A DNA stretch of 63,729 bases, counting the filler, from Octopus bimaculoides (Eukaryota), in NCBI RefSeq assembly GCF_001194135.2. It is 9 parts of 9 records of this genome, joined end to end, with 100 filler letters (N's around TTAATTAATTAA, not from the genome) between each part and the next. Parts side by side here need not be neighbours in the genome. Positions count along the whole stretch, not along the records: positions 1 to 17,834 come from NC_069006.1; positions 17,935 to 32,391 come from NC_068999.1; 7 more parts are not named here. One strand, written 5' to 3'. Shown in pieces: positions 12,149 to 25,040 of the stretch. Position numbers and translations under genes: made by a program. Position 1 is the stretch's first letter; each line of letters starts with the position of its first letter. The notes beneath the pieces were generated by a model. It had not been told where the DNA came from. It ran no database searches and saw nothing but the letters and a program-made list of their open reading frames with translations.

Positions 12149-13203
12149 NNNNNNNNNNNNNNNNNNNNNNNNNNNNNNNNNNNNNNNNNNNNNNNNNNNN
12201 NNNNNNNNNNNNNNNNNNNNNNNNNNNNNNNNNNNNNNNNNNNNNNNNNNNNNNNNNNNNNNNNNNNNNNNNNNNNNNNNNNNNNNNNNNNNNNNNNNNN
12301 NNNNNNNNNNNNNNNNNNNNNNNNNNNNNNNNNNNNNNNNNNNNNNNNNNNNNNNNNNNNNNNNNNNNNNNNNNNNNNNNNNNNNNNNNNNNNNNNNNNN
12401 NNNNNNNNNNNNNNNNNNNNNNNNNNNNNNNNNNNNNNNNNNNNNNNNNNNNNNNNNNNNNNNNNNNNNNNNNNNNNNNNNNNNNNNNNNNNNNNNNNNN
12501 NNNNNNNNNNNNNNNNNNNNNNNNNNNNNNNNNNNNNNNNNNNNNNNNNNNNNNNNNNNNNNNNNNNNNNNNNNNNNNNNNNNNNNNNNNNNNNNNNNNN
12601 NNNNNNNNNNNNNNNNNNNNNNNNNNNNNNNNNNNNNNNNNNNNNNNNNNNNNNNNNNNNNNNNNNNNNNNNNNNNNNNNNNNNNNNNNNNNNNNNNNNN
12701 NNNNNNNNNNNNNNNNNNNNNNNNNNNNNNNNNNNNNNNNNNNNNNNNNNNNNNNNNNNNNNNNNNNNNNNNNNNNNNNNNNNNNNNNNNNNNNNNNNNN
12801 NNNNNNNNNNNNNNNNNNNNNNNNNNNNNNNNNNNNNNNNNNNNNNNNNNNNNNNNNNNNNNNNNNNNNNNNNNNNNNNNNNNNNNNNNNNNNNNNNNNN
12901 NNNNNNNNNNNNNNNNNNNNNNNNNNNNNNNNNNNNNNNNNNNNNNNNNNNNNNNNNNNNNNNNNNNNNNNNNNNNNNNNNNNNNNNNNNNNNNNNNNNN
13001 NNNNNNNNNNNNNNNNNNNNNNNNNNNNNNNNNNNNNNNNNNNNNNNNNNNNNNNNNNNNNNNNNNNNNNNNNNNNNNNNNNNNNNNNNNNNNNNNNNNN
13101 NNNNNNNNNNNNNNNNNNNNNAAATATGAATAGATATTTGAAGATACATACATACTTACATACACACATATATATACTCTATCCCAAAGGATTAAAGAAG
13201 CCC

Positions 13204-13241
<38 letters not shown>

Positions 13242-13584
13242 GAACTACAAGGTGTTGAGAGCCCTTTTCTTTTGTGTGTCCACTCACCCGTATACACACA
13301 CACACCCACCCTTCTTGAATCTTTACTCCGAGTATCACGTTGCCTTTTATTGAAATCACCAATAAAAGACAGCAGCGTGACACTATATCAGCAAAAATAT
13401 TCACCAGCAAATCAAAATGTGTTGAACTATAGATGTGCTACCTATTCATCCCATCTTCTGCACCCCTATTTGTGGGAGAATGTTGGGGTTCGAGTCCTCA
13501 AGTACCTCCCCTATAGGGTTCTGTCAGAACCAGCTCTCATTACACTTCCGGACGGATTCCCAAGCATGACCAACTGGGACTTTT

Positions 13585-13770
13585 TCTTGTTTCAGTCATT
13601 TTACAGCAGCCATGCTGGAGCACCGCCTTAAGAAGTTTTTTTAATCGAAGAAATCAACCCTAGGACTTATTCTTTTGTAAGCCTAGTACTTATTCTATCG
13701 GCCTATTTTGCCGAACCTCTAAATTACGGGGACAAACACACCAGCGTCGGTTGTAAGTGATGGCCGGGTG

Positions 13771-13811
<41 letters not shown>

Positions 13812-13945
13812 CGACGAGCTTCTTTCAGTTTCTGTCGACCAAATCCACTCACAAGACTTTAATCAGCTCAAGGCTTATAGTAGAAGGCACTTGTCCAAGG
13901 TGCCGCGCAGTGGGACTGAATCTGTGGTTGGGAAGCAAACTTCTT
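13585..13945 (-). mobile_element. Bipartite SINE A, second near-complete copy
   Basis: C segment, then (CA)n(TA)n, then A head ccaaggtgccgcgcagtgggactgaa. Confidence 0.8.
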
Positions 13946-14165
13946 ATTTCTTTATTGCCCACAAGGGGCTAAACATAGAGGGGTCAAACAAGGACAGACA
14001 AACGGATTAAGTCGATTACATCGACCCCAGTGCGTAACTGGTACTTTATTTATCGACCTCGAAAGGATGAAAGGCAAAGTCGACCTCGGCGGAATTTGAA
14101 CTCAAAACGTAAAGACAGACGAAATACCACTAAGCATTTCTAACGTCTCTGCCAGTTCGCAGTCT
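13942..14165 (-). mobile_element. SINE family B, near full length
   Basis: Reverse complement of ggcg..ctggcagagacgttag...aaatgcttagtggtatttcgtc...gagttcaaattccgccgaggtcgactttgcc. Confidence 0.8.
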
Positions 14166-15213
14166 TAAGGAATGTTTAATATTGATAATGCTTTGTGTCA
14201 GTCATTTTGCGAATGATGAATTCGTTTCGTGAGAAATAATACATTTTATCCAGTAAGCAGTTGGAAATTCCGCAATAAGTATTTGTGGAAATGTTGTTAA
14301 GAATTCACTAAGAGCCAGGTTTTGTTGAAAATAACAAACGGCTGTAACAAGATGTTATAGTTTCCTGGTAAGCAAAAGTAACAGCCTCTTGGATCATTAA
14401 TTTCGAGGGATATGTGTTTTATTATAAAACAATTGATTTTCTGATTAATGTTGTCAGTGGAGTAGAAAGGTGTTTTTCTGAGTGTTTTAATGTGCACCAA
14501 TATAGCGATAATTTCTTTTAAAGGATTTCCACTCAAACTTTAAATAGTTTTCTGTGTCATTGTATTTTAGAATGGCCCGTAGTTCGATAAATTAGTACCA
14601 GAAAGCGTATGTACCTTATAGGGCTGACATTAGGGTCGTTGCAATTATATAGAAGAGATGTTTTGTGTTTGCATTGGAAACTTTTCTTTGATTTATACTG
14701 TTTTTGAGGGCAGGGAAAATTCTTATATTATTCTTTGTATAGACATAAGACAAATGATCTGTGGTCTCTTGTCCTACAAGAAGACTTTCATTTATGAATT
14801 GTAAAAATTCTGGCAACATTGGAATGACCAATTCAACTGAATAGATCATAATTCCATTTAATATTCCGTTTCATATTTTATCGAAAAAAAAAATAAAAAG
14901 AAACAAACAAAGTATTATATGTCGGGTGCCATATTAGATTTCATCAGGAATGGCAGAGCGTGTTTTTAGGAGGTGAGGAGGTGAAATGTAAAAGTTTCGT
15001 ATACAACATGGCTGCTCGCTAAATCAACAATAAAAGTATATAACATAATCGTCTTTTATTGATTAAAATTAGAGAGGAGAAATTTGTTAATATATCTGCA
15101 TTTGCTTAAAATTTCAGGTTTTGTCTTTATACAACCGTTTGAGGTTTCGAGGTATTTTTCGCCGTGCTACATAGACTGCAAATTTAGAAGCGTTTGTGTA
15201 TGGTTTGTTTCTG

Positions 15214-15247
<34 letters not shown>

Positions 15248-15347
15248 NNNNNNNNNNNNNNNNNNNNNNNNNNNNNNNNNNNNNNNNNNNNNNNNNNNNN
15301 NNNNNNNNNNNNNNNNNNNNNNNNNNNNNNNNNNNNNNNNNNNNNNN

Positions 15348-15392
<45 letters not shown>

Positions 15393-15572
15393 ATCAGATC
15401 TTAGTAATTCATAATAACAAAGAACTAGGAGAGGAGTACTTGATGTCTATTACCTTCTTACATGGCCACATGCTGCGACTCTCGTCTCTTCAGAGAAGAG
15501 TTTTCAGAAGACAATGAACACCGAATGTATGAGTGCGTGTATCAGACACAGTGTGGTTCCTGCTTTATTTTG

Positions 15573-15606
<34 letters not shown>

Positions 15607-15639
15607 CTTTCCAGTTCCTTTTTTTTTTTTTTCGGAAAA

Positions 15640-15790
15640 GTAACTTACCTAGGCATGTTGTTATTTTTGAACCCCACTTTAAAACCAAATGTTAATAGCG
15701 AAGCCTCTTCATCTGCGTTTTTCAAGTGGGCAGCAAGGTGTCATGGACACGTTTCTGTGACTAATAGAATCATGGTGGCATGATCAAAAA
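15640..15790 (+). mobile_element. RTE-like LINE fragment
   Basis: KVTYLGMLLFLNPTLKPNVNSEASSSAFFKW resembles RTE F.YLGS....EVN.RI.KASSAFGRL. Confidence 0.4.
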
Positions 15791-15997
15791 CTTGATCAAC
15801 CCTCAACTCTGGGTTCATTTTATAGTTTATTACACCTTTGTTGTAGCAGAATTTTAGGCTTTACTTTTTAAAAAATATATTTAGCTATTAGCAAAGCTTC
15901 TTTTGCTAATAAGGTATACATTGGGTGAAACTTTGAAGTTACAGTCAAAAATATCATTTATCGAGTCTCTACTTTTGTACCAAGTCCTTCATTCAAT

Positions 15998-16042
<45 letters not shown>

Positions 16043-16329
16043 ATTCGTGGCGTGTGACTCGATTGGCGACAAACAACATGAATATCTGAATAGAAACATA
16101 GAATGACGTCAGGGGCATACAATAAATATTTACACTCTCTTTTCGTATTGAGTACTTCTTTTTCTTTATGTTTGTGAACTGCAACGTGTATATATTTGCT
16201 ATTTGCCAATGGTTTGACTGTTTGTTCCTATATATACATATATGTGTGTATGTTTGTCTATTTGCTCAGATATATGTATATGTGTGCGTATGTATTTGTT
16301 CCTCTGTGTGTGTGTGTTTCTGTGGATGT

Positions 16330-16650
16330 GCGTATCACCTTCTGCCATTCTTTTCTCTTCCGTTCGCTGAGGTTGCTTAGCAACGTTGAGTTATCGTATC
16401 GATTATTCGCAAGCTCAATTTTCGTGCCATGCCATCGCCGTCGTTCGTTCGTTCTTCTTCCCTTAAACCGAGCGACAAAAACCGGAGAGATGTCGGAGTG
16501 AAGAAGATCAAGGGGGAAGGAACTCGCCCACCAAGCACACACAATACTCAATAGGTGGCGCCGTCGCCGGCTACGCTGTTCGCAGCCGCGATACGATCAA
16601 TAAGATTGAGGAAAGGTGGCAGGGAAACAGAGTTTTGGTCGATTTTACAA
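16330..16650. promoter_or_regulatory. CpG-rich unique island, candidate promoter or 5' exon
   Basis: Dense CG dinucleotides and high GC in an AT-rich background; no match to window repeats; minus-strand frame open ~90 codons ending AAG|GTGATA. Confidence 0.4.
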
Positions 16651-17234
16651 TCCTTAAGAAGCTTTCCTCCTCTCTTTCTCTCTTTCCTCCTCTATTTCTT
16701 TCTTCCTTCCTTCTTTCTTTCTCTATTCCCTCTTTTATTTTTTCTTTCTTTTTATCCTTCTTTCTTACATATCCCTCCTATTTTGGAATAATTTCATTCT
16801 TCTTGTCTTCTATGTTTTAATTTCATTTTTTTTTTCTACATCTTTTTTCGTTTTTGTTTTATTTTCCTTTTTTATTCATAGATTTTTATTTATTTATTTA
16901 CTTATTTATCTTATCTGAATCCGTCTGTTAGCCCCAGTTCGCTCTTATTTTCTAGATTTGTTTCTGTCCATCTATCTATCTATCTATCTATCTATAGTCG
17001 TTTTTAACATTAAAAAAACCCCTAATTATTTCACGTGTCTCGAAGTTTCTAAACTCTTATATATTATCATTTAAAGTAGTTTGATTCATGTGTCTTAAAG
17101 TTTCGCAGGCTTCTTAGAGTCGTATGGAGCCGAATCAAACTGTTTTAGATAACGATATATGTAACTCCTACAAAATGTGCTGAGTGCCCTTTTTTTTTTG
17201 TCGTTTGTCCACTCGCTTGTGTGCGCGCGTGTGT

Positions 17235-17400
17235 GGCTCAAAATAATACAAAAACACAAAAGACAGAAACAGGTGTTGGGACAACAAACAAGGTGTATTA
17301 GTTTGACGTTCAAGAAAAATGGAAGAATCTTTGTTTCGAGCCTACGCTCTTCTTCAGAGATGAACGAAGAGAGAAGACAGATGGGGAGAGAAAAAAAAAA
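17235..17400 (-). mobile_element. Penelope-like pLTR fragment (family P1), third copy
   Basis: Reverse complement reads tct-CTGAAGA-A-GAGC gtag GCTC-GAAAC-aaaga...aacgtcaaactaatacacc. Confidence 0.7.
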
Positions 17401-17426
17401 CGGAAAGAAGAAAAGTCTCTCTCTGT

Positions 17427-17462
<36 letters not shown>

Positions 17463-17469
17463 TGATGCT

Positions 17470-17760
17470 CTCTCCCGTCGTAGATGACATATGAGCGTTC
17501 AGCTTTTACCGAACGACCTGCACAAATGATTCGTTTATAGTGATGAAATGTATGTGCCGTATATTAGCTCACTCCCTCCGTCAAATCGACGTTGCCTGAA
17601 CAGGTGCACGGTGTGCCACGCGTCAGTTGTCCAGGTGAACGCAGAGCAATGCGAGAAGTGTTTTGCTCGGGAACACAACGCAACATCCGGTCTAGGAATT
17701 CGAACAACGAACTCGCGATCGCAAGTACAACACCCTAACCACTAAGCCATGCGTCCTCAC
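17470..17760 (-). mobile_element. tRNA-derived SINE related to family D
   Basis: Reverse complement has TGGCTTAGTGG A box, GTTCGAATTCC B box, then gagcaaaacact. Confidence 0.7.
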
Positions 17761-17781
17761 GTTTCTCTCTCTCCCTCTCTT

Positions 17782-17834
<53 letters not shown>

Positions 17835-19189
17835 NNNNNNNNNNNNNNNNNNNNNNNNNNNNNNNNNNNNNNNNNNNNTTAATTAATTAANNNNNNNNNN
17901 NNNNNNNNNNNNNNNNNNNNNNNNNNNNNNNNNNTTCTAAATTATAAATTATTTAGCTACTTACAAAATATTCAGGCATTTATGCCACCAAGAATAAATA
18001 TCCCCCCGCCCACAAAAAAAATGTCCTTATAGATTGCGTTACTTTTGCTCACTCGATATTATTAAATACGAAAATTATTAACTTATTAATTTTCAAATTA
18101 TGCCATTAATATTTTTTCCATTTATTGTGCTTGTAATTAAAACCTATATTCTTATATAACAATTTGGATTAAATGAGGATAAATGAAGGCATTTTAAATA
18201 TTTCTCCTAAGATGTTATACGCCTAATTTAATGATGCTCAAAGTTTAATAAAACTAAAAATCCTGGTTCGGAAAAATAAGGAAAATACAATGTAGTATAA
18301 ATACAAAACATATAAAAGGAAAGGACCAATTGAATTGCTATTAAATGACGAAGAGAAAGGTTTATAGAGTAACCGACAAAATAAAATTAGCAAGTCATTG
18401 ATTAGATAGGTTTCTTGGGGCATATATCAAATCAGATGGTGAAAAGGGGAAAAGATAATGAAATAAGGAAAAAAAATAGTAGATATGAATGAAGGTGAGT
18501 GAATTGCTTCCACAAAATATCCAGAGAGACAGTGAGGTGATACAGATCAAAGGGTCACGTTTTTCATTGCAATGTCTCCTGGTTAATTCATCATGAAGTA
18601 ATAGGAAACCTAAATGTATTGTTTAGACAATAGTTGTAGATTCCGATAAATGAAGATATTTAGTTTACGTATTTATACATGTTCTGTATATTAATGAGTT
18701 CAAGTGAATAGAAAGATTGATAGAATTTTAAAGGAGAGAAAAACAATTGCAAAAACAAAAGAATGGCAGTAGATAACATATAATATAATCATACAAAGAC
18801 AAAACAACAAAAGCACGAATACTTTATATCGAATGTAGGATCATGCTGATTGAATAGGGAAACGTGTACGTGAGGAGACGAAGCTTGAGATAAAAAGCGT
18901 TTTTACTTTCCAATGTATTTAAAGCTAATGAGGAAAATTTACAAAGCATTTCAATGGAAAATCGAAAGAACTTTCTAGTTTCAATTGTGAAATGCATTTC
19001 GTGAAGAATTTAATTATTTTCGTGGAAGAAAATATTAATTCTACATAAAAAACAACAAATGTCAAATAGGCAATAAGTATACGAAAGTTTCGCATCTTCA
19101 CACAAGCTCGCGTGTGCACATACGCACACATACAGAGAGAAACACACAATAACTCACACATATATACTTTTATCTAACTATTATGATAA

Positions 19190-19940
19190 TGGAACTCTAT
19201 ACACTCGTATCCATTATTATGTGTCAGCACCAATATCACTGAGGAGCCACAGACAATGATTAAATTGTTTATGGTGAAACCTTGAGGTATGGAATTAAGT
19301 ACTATGCTTATTTCTTTTCATTTGTCAAGCTTGTAAACATCGAGCGTCTTGCTAATTTGAGAACACATATTTGGTGACAGGACAGCATGACTTCTATTTT
19401 TAGCATGCAAGGGATCCACTTAGTGGTCTCTCCTCTTATATTTAAATATAATTCACAGTCCTCGGACGTTTTTCACGTATGCTGAACACTGGTTCAAATC
19501 GGTATTATTTAATGATATTCATTTCTACCCTTAATACATAAGTTTAAATATATGTGTTCTCTAGCCATTGGATTTGCCGCTGAATTTTCATTGCAATTAT
19601 TTTCTGGACTAGCGTGCTAGTACAATGGCAGTTGAATCGAAGGAAAGATACATGCTTGGGGAATACTATACACGCGTATCCTCTCATAGAGACGGGTGGT
19701 GTCCAGTTCCATTGTTATGTTAGCAACGATTTTACTGAGGAGCAACAGACAATGACTAAACTACTTATGGTGAAACCTTATGGTACGGAATTAAGTGTTA
19801 TGTCTGTTTCCTGTCATTTGTCTAGTTCGTAAACATCTGCCATCTTCCTAAAAACTGAGTTCACATATTTGGTGGTGGGACAATTTAACATCTATTTTTA
19901 GCATGCAAGGGATCCACTTAGCGGTCTTTCCTCTTATACA
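19190..19940 (+). repeat. Diverged direct duplication of a ~250-280-bp unit
   Basis: 19190-19440 matches 19660-19940 (e.g. ctatttttagcatgcaagggatccacttag exact in both). Confidence 0.8.
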
Positions 19941-20018
19941 TATATATCAATCCAAAAAAATGGGAAATAATTCAAAACATCCACAGAGTTATGTGATACA
20001 AAAAAGGGACAACAAAAC

Positions 20019-20203
20019 ATCCAGACAGACGATACAAAGAAAACAAGGATGGGTCATTCGTAGTTTTGTTTCCTCAGTCGAGTTCCTGATTAACTTTCCA
20101 ATTTCGGCTGGTTATACTCGAGATTGCTCTAATCTGGAACTCGACTGTGGAAAGAAAACTCCGAATGACGCATCCTCGTTTTCTTTGTATCGTCTTTCTG
20201 GAT
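20019..20203. repeat. Long hairpin, ~74-bp arms, 37-nt loop
   Basis: 20019-20092 against the reverse complement of 20130-20203, about 90% identical by eye. Confidence 0.9.
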
Positions 20204-20719
20204 TTTTTGCGTTCTTGTCCCATGTTTGTATTTCTTATATATAAAAATATAGCAGCGTACGTACACTTTGGTCTCCTATGTATATATATATATATATATA
20301 TTAAAGGAAAAAAAAAAATTTATAATAGTAACTTATATCGGTGTCCATCATGCATAAAAAATTGTCCGTTCACTGTAAATTATTTATATATGTTTTTAAC
20401 AATACGTAATTATACATCAGGAGGAAAAAGCACTAAGTTGCTGCCATGCACAGCTGAAAGAAGATGTCACAATTTCAAACCACGAAAAAATACTCTCATA
20501 CATAGTGCGCTGGATGTAAACGGGAAAAACAATATGAGAAGAAAAAAATTAAAGACCAGTTATTTTTATACCTCCAAGTTTTACCATGGATAGTTCAACA
20601 ATTGTAGATTTTCAGTAGAAACTGCCGGAGATGTGTAATTACAAATCCCAAAAGGATGCACGTACATATCAAATTCTATCGTTATACACGTGGATTCAAT
20701 TCAAATGTCGTCAAACAAT

Positions 20720-20865
20720 GCGCCAGTACAGAATAAATTAGCAGTGAATTACTTGACTCAAGAACACAAATATTTAAATATATTTATATTAAGGGTAAAA
20801 GTTAACAAAAATAATATTCTATACCAGTGGCCAGCATTAAAAAAAATGTCCGTAGACTGTAAATA

Positions 20866-20907
<42 letters not shown>

Positions 20908-21114
20908 TGTGTGTGTGTATGTGTGTGTATTACCATAGGTAATCATTCACTGCGCGGAGAACCCTTACATTTTATGCCTGTTAGCCACCGGTATAAATTT
21001 TTATTTTCAATAATTTTTTATCCTTAATATGAATATATTTAAATATTTCAGTTCTTGAGTCAAGTAATTCACTTTTGAAGTTTTATTCACTGTTGATTTA
21101 TTCAGGACTGGCGC
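20720..21114. mobile_element. Fold-back/MITE-like element with ~120-bp inverted arms around (GT)n
   Basis: gcgccagt..gaataaat..agtgaattacttgactcaagaac..aaatatttaaatatatt is mirrored at 20979-21114. Confidence 0.75.
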
Positions 21115-21481
21115 GTTGTTTGAAGACATTTGAATTGCATTCATAATTTATAATGATAGCACAGGATATGCACGTGTGTCCTATGGGGATATGAGAGGTA
21201 TTTGAGTTTTGTAATGGTGAAACTCGGAGATATAGAAATAACTGGTATTTAGATATTTTTTTCATATTGTCTGACCCCCTTACATCCAACGTGAGAACGT
21301 ATTTTTGTTTGTTTGAAAATCTGACATTTATTTCAGCAGTGCAAGGAAGTCACTTAGTGGTTTTCCTCTTAGTGTGTAATTACCTATGGTTATGCACTCA
21401 CTCTCACACACACACACATACACACACAGACACACACACACTCACACACTCACACACATATTATATCTATAAACAGAGATG

Positions 21482-21537
21482 CCTCATAGAATTTCATGTT
21501 CCTCATAGAATTTCATGTTCCTCATAGAATTTCATGT
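21482..21537 (+). repeat. 19-bp tandem repeat x3 (cctcatagaatttcatgtt)
   Basis: Seen directly. Confidence 0.9.
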
Positions 21538-23927
21538 AGATATATGATGCTATCAGATCAGCTGTTCGGTAACAGAAATGTATTAAGCGTGAAGAGAGAA
21601 CAAGAATCTTTTACCGAAACATTATTTTCGTCGGAAGGGTATGAAATGAAATTTGAAATGTCAATAAACTTAAGTAAACGAGTGACGAAAACTAAATACG
21701 AAAACAATAAACTATTGCAAATGGAAGACACCTTATAGCCATAGGAAATCACACACATTCAGTTAATTTCACTAAAATTTTTGTTAGGTACCAAAAGTTT
21801 CATCGCACGAATTGCAACTGCGTCACTGACATGAATGAGCTCACTGCAGTGAAATCATGACTTTATATGTTTGTGAAAAGCTACGATGTCTCTTTCACGC
21901 TGCAATCGCTTTAGTTTCAACACATGGTATGAGATCTAATTACTTGCCTGGAAAATACAAACACCAATAATGATAAACCAAGTCTGAAATTCAAAAACAT
22001 AAATCTTACTTGTAGTACAAGTAAAATCCGATAAGAAAGATATGGTAGACACCAATTCCAGACTAAATTCCCATAAAATAATATATACGAAGAATGGGAG
22101 AATTTACTGGTGGTTTCTGAAAGTTAACTATACAAGTTCACATTATATTTAAAGTTTAATGCTAAAGGTTAGGGGTTTAGGATTTTGAAGTATAGTACCC
22201 TCTGCAAAGAAATAAGATTATATGTTACACGCGCACTTATGTCTATATATCTAACTAAATGTCTATCTGAAAATCGCAGACGTGTGAAACTGAAGTCGCT
22301 AGAAAAACTCTCAGCTTCAGCTTTAACACACACACATATCACATTGTAAAATTGTTCAGTTTTGCTTAAATACCACCCAACACAATCTGGGCTTCTGGAA
22401 AATTATACCAATAATCTAAACTTTCAATTCCAATACTCTGTATTGTAATTGACCTCTGATTTGCTGCAGTTTCATAATTTTTTTTTTTTTTTTTAGTGTA
22501 GGGAGATCTGGATGAGCAACAGTATTTAACGAACAGTATTTCACCAAAGTGGTGGGATTAGGTATCCTGTATTACTCGTTTAGTCTATTTGTTGCACACG
22601 AGTTTATTTAAGCTTGCTTCACACTTAATTTCAGCGGCGGAATGTGTAAATTTTTGTTTGGATATACTGTCACTGTTTCAGCGGTACATATCTTTAGTGG
22701 GGCTTCCATTTTAACTGGACAAATAGATGCTCTGAAGTGGTTACGGATGTGTAAAGTAAACTAAAATTTGTTATTGAGGTTGCCATATGGTAGCTATAGT
22801 AGATGAGAAACTTGGTAGTATGCGAGTCTGGTAGCCATAGTGATAGATGTTAAGGAGAGAGAGTAACGTGATCTATTAGTAATGGATATGGAAAGATCAA
22901 CGCGCACAATCTGGAGGTACGAGAATATACAGCTAATTATGGGATTCGTGTTGCTGATGTTCATGATTTTGTTATTGCATGCTGTGATGATACCTCTAGT
23001 GTACGAAAAAAACCCATCGTCGATGGGACATCTTAAACGTGATTAAAGGAAAATAAGACAAAACTAATAATTATCAAAATTTCATGCAGAGTCTTTTCAA
23101 TATTAAGGATTATGGAGAGATACGCTATATTGGAATCATATTTACTGAGACAAGATAACTGCGTATCCATGAACATTGAAAATCTCATACGTTGAACAGT
23201 TATCGATGTGACTCGTTTCCCAAGTTTATTATTGACAGGTTTTTGAACAGGTGTGCTTTTATAGCAATATTCATTGATTTCCTTCTGCGTATACATATAC
23301 ATACTTATAGATGTGTGTGTGTGTATGTATGTGTGTGTTTTTTGTGTATGCGTTTGTGTGTGTGTATTTCGTTTTTAAATATTTTTCTCCTCCCAAATGT
23401 TATCGCAAGATGTTAAATTGTTTTTCTATTTTTTTTAAATATAACTTATAAAAGTTGTTATATTTACGTTTGTCTGAACTCTAAAATAAACAAGAATATT
23501 TATTTGTGTTTCAATATCGAATATGTTGGAATTAATATATTGTTTAATTTCTCATATATCAAAAAAGTAAACGTAAGTATTTATTTGCACTCTAATAATA
23601 ACTGAAGTGTATGTATTTTTTTTTTATGTATATAAGAAAATAAACTAGAATATTTGTTTGCATTTCTATATCGAAATCTTGCAATACAAATATTGTATAT
23701 TTGCAAATAATTCTACACATCAAAAGTTTTTCTAGAAGATAATACACTTGAAACGAATTCAAAAATGAAATTCAATCCCCGCGGCTCATACCGTCTACTT
23801 TCAGAACAGTGGCGGAAAAAAGGCTGTTTCATATGACTGGCCATCACACTTACATAGATGTACTTCACACAGGCACATACGGATAACTACGTGCATAGGC
23901 AGTAAACGATTATATGTGTGTTTGCAT

Positions 23928-23958
<31 letters not shown>

Positions 23959-25040
23959 CATATATGATGCATATGTACCTATCTATCTGTATATCTACCT
24001 GTCCATATGCGTATCCATTTGCCCGCATATATGTAAACACCTTTTTCATTCGTTCAGGTTTTTTCGGATATACACGTTTTCTTTTCCTTTTTTTTTTAGA
24101 AACAATCTTTTTTTGAAAATGTCTATTATAATATGCATATTCTAAGTTGCGCAATTACATTCAGTTCACATACCGTCGCACAAATCCCTAATCATAATTG
24201 TAAAATTATAGATATCTTAACACTTAAACACATTAGCCTAATAGGAACATTTCCTTGTAGGATTGAAATATTTACCGCTTAATATATATCACTGAGCCAA
24301 AAAATTAAGGGCAATATGCTACATTAGAGAAATTACGACTGGTTATGCAGTCCAGATCTGCAGTTTTGGAAATTGGTAATTTCATTTTTCCCATTTATAT
24401 ATGTATGTGTCAGTCTGTCTGTCTGACTATGTGTGTGTTTGTTGGCTTCGGCATTTTGTCGATCAAAGCTACGCTTTAAGATATTCGCTTAATTCAAGTT
24501 TTCATTATAGAAAATCCTAAGTTATGTGAGCGTTACTTCTTTCAATATTTCCATTCACAATGAAAATATTTAGCTGCTGATTGCACTCCAAAGTGTGAAG
24601 ACATTTTGGCACAAAATGAAATTATTAGAGAACGAAGGTAAGTTAATAGACACCTGTTTGCCCGCCTAATATAGTGCAATGACTTTATTGAAGTTTCGCG
24701 CATTAAATATTTCAAATGGATTCTGATTTGCGAAACATTAATACAGCACAGGAATATCTGTTTGGAAATACACGATGTGAGTTTATTTTCTGCAAAATCA
24801 TGCATATTTCATTGCATGTGTCCTTACCCTGTTTAGAACGAGGACATACGTTTCAAAGCAGGGCTGCATAATTAACATTCTATACATAATTAAGTATGAA
24901 AGCTCGTCACCGAATTAAAGGCATGTTACATCGATTTATCGCGTTACTCTTTTACGATTTTATTTCTTTAAGCCATTTTGTTGTGAACAAATTCACAGGA
25001 GTATATATGCGTGCGCGTGTGCGTGTGTGTGTTCATATAC

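Noticed and set aside
20166-20257. Signal-peptide-like exon MTHPRFLCIVFLDF... that would phase-match the 38552 exon
   Set aside because: It lies in the right arm of the 20019-20203 inverted repeat and has a weak donor; no independent support.
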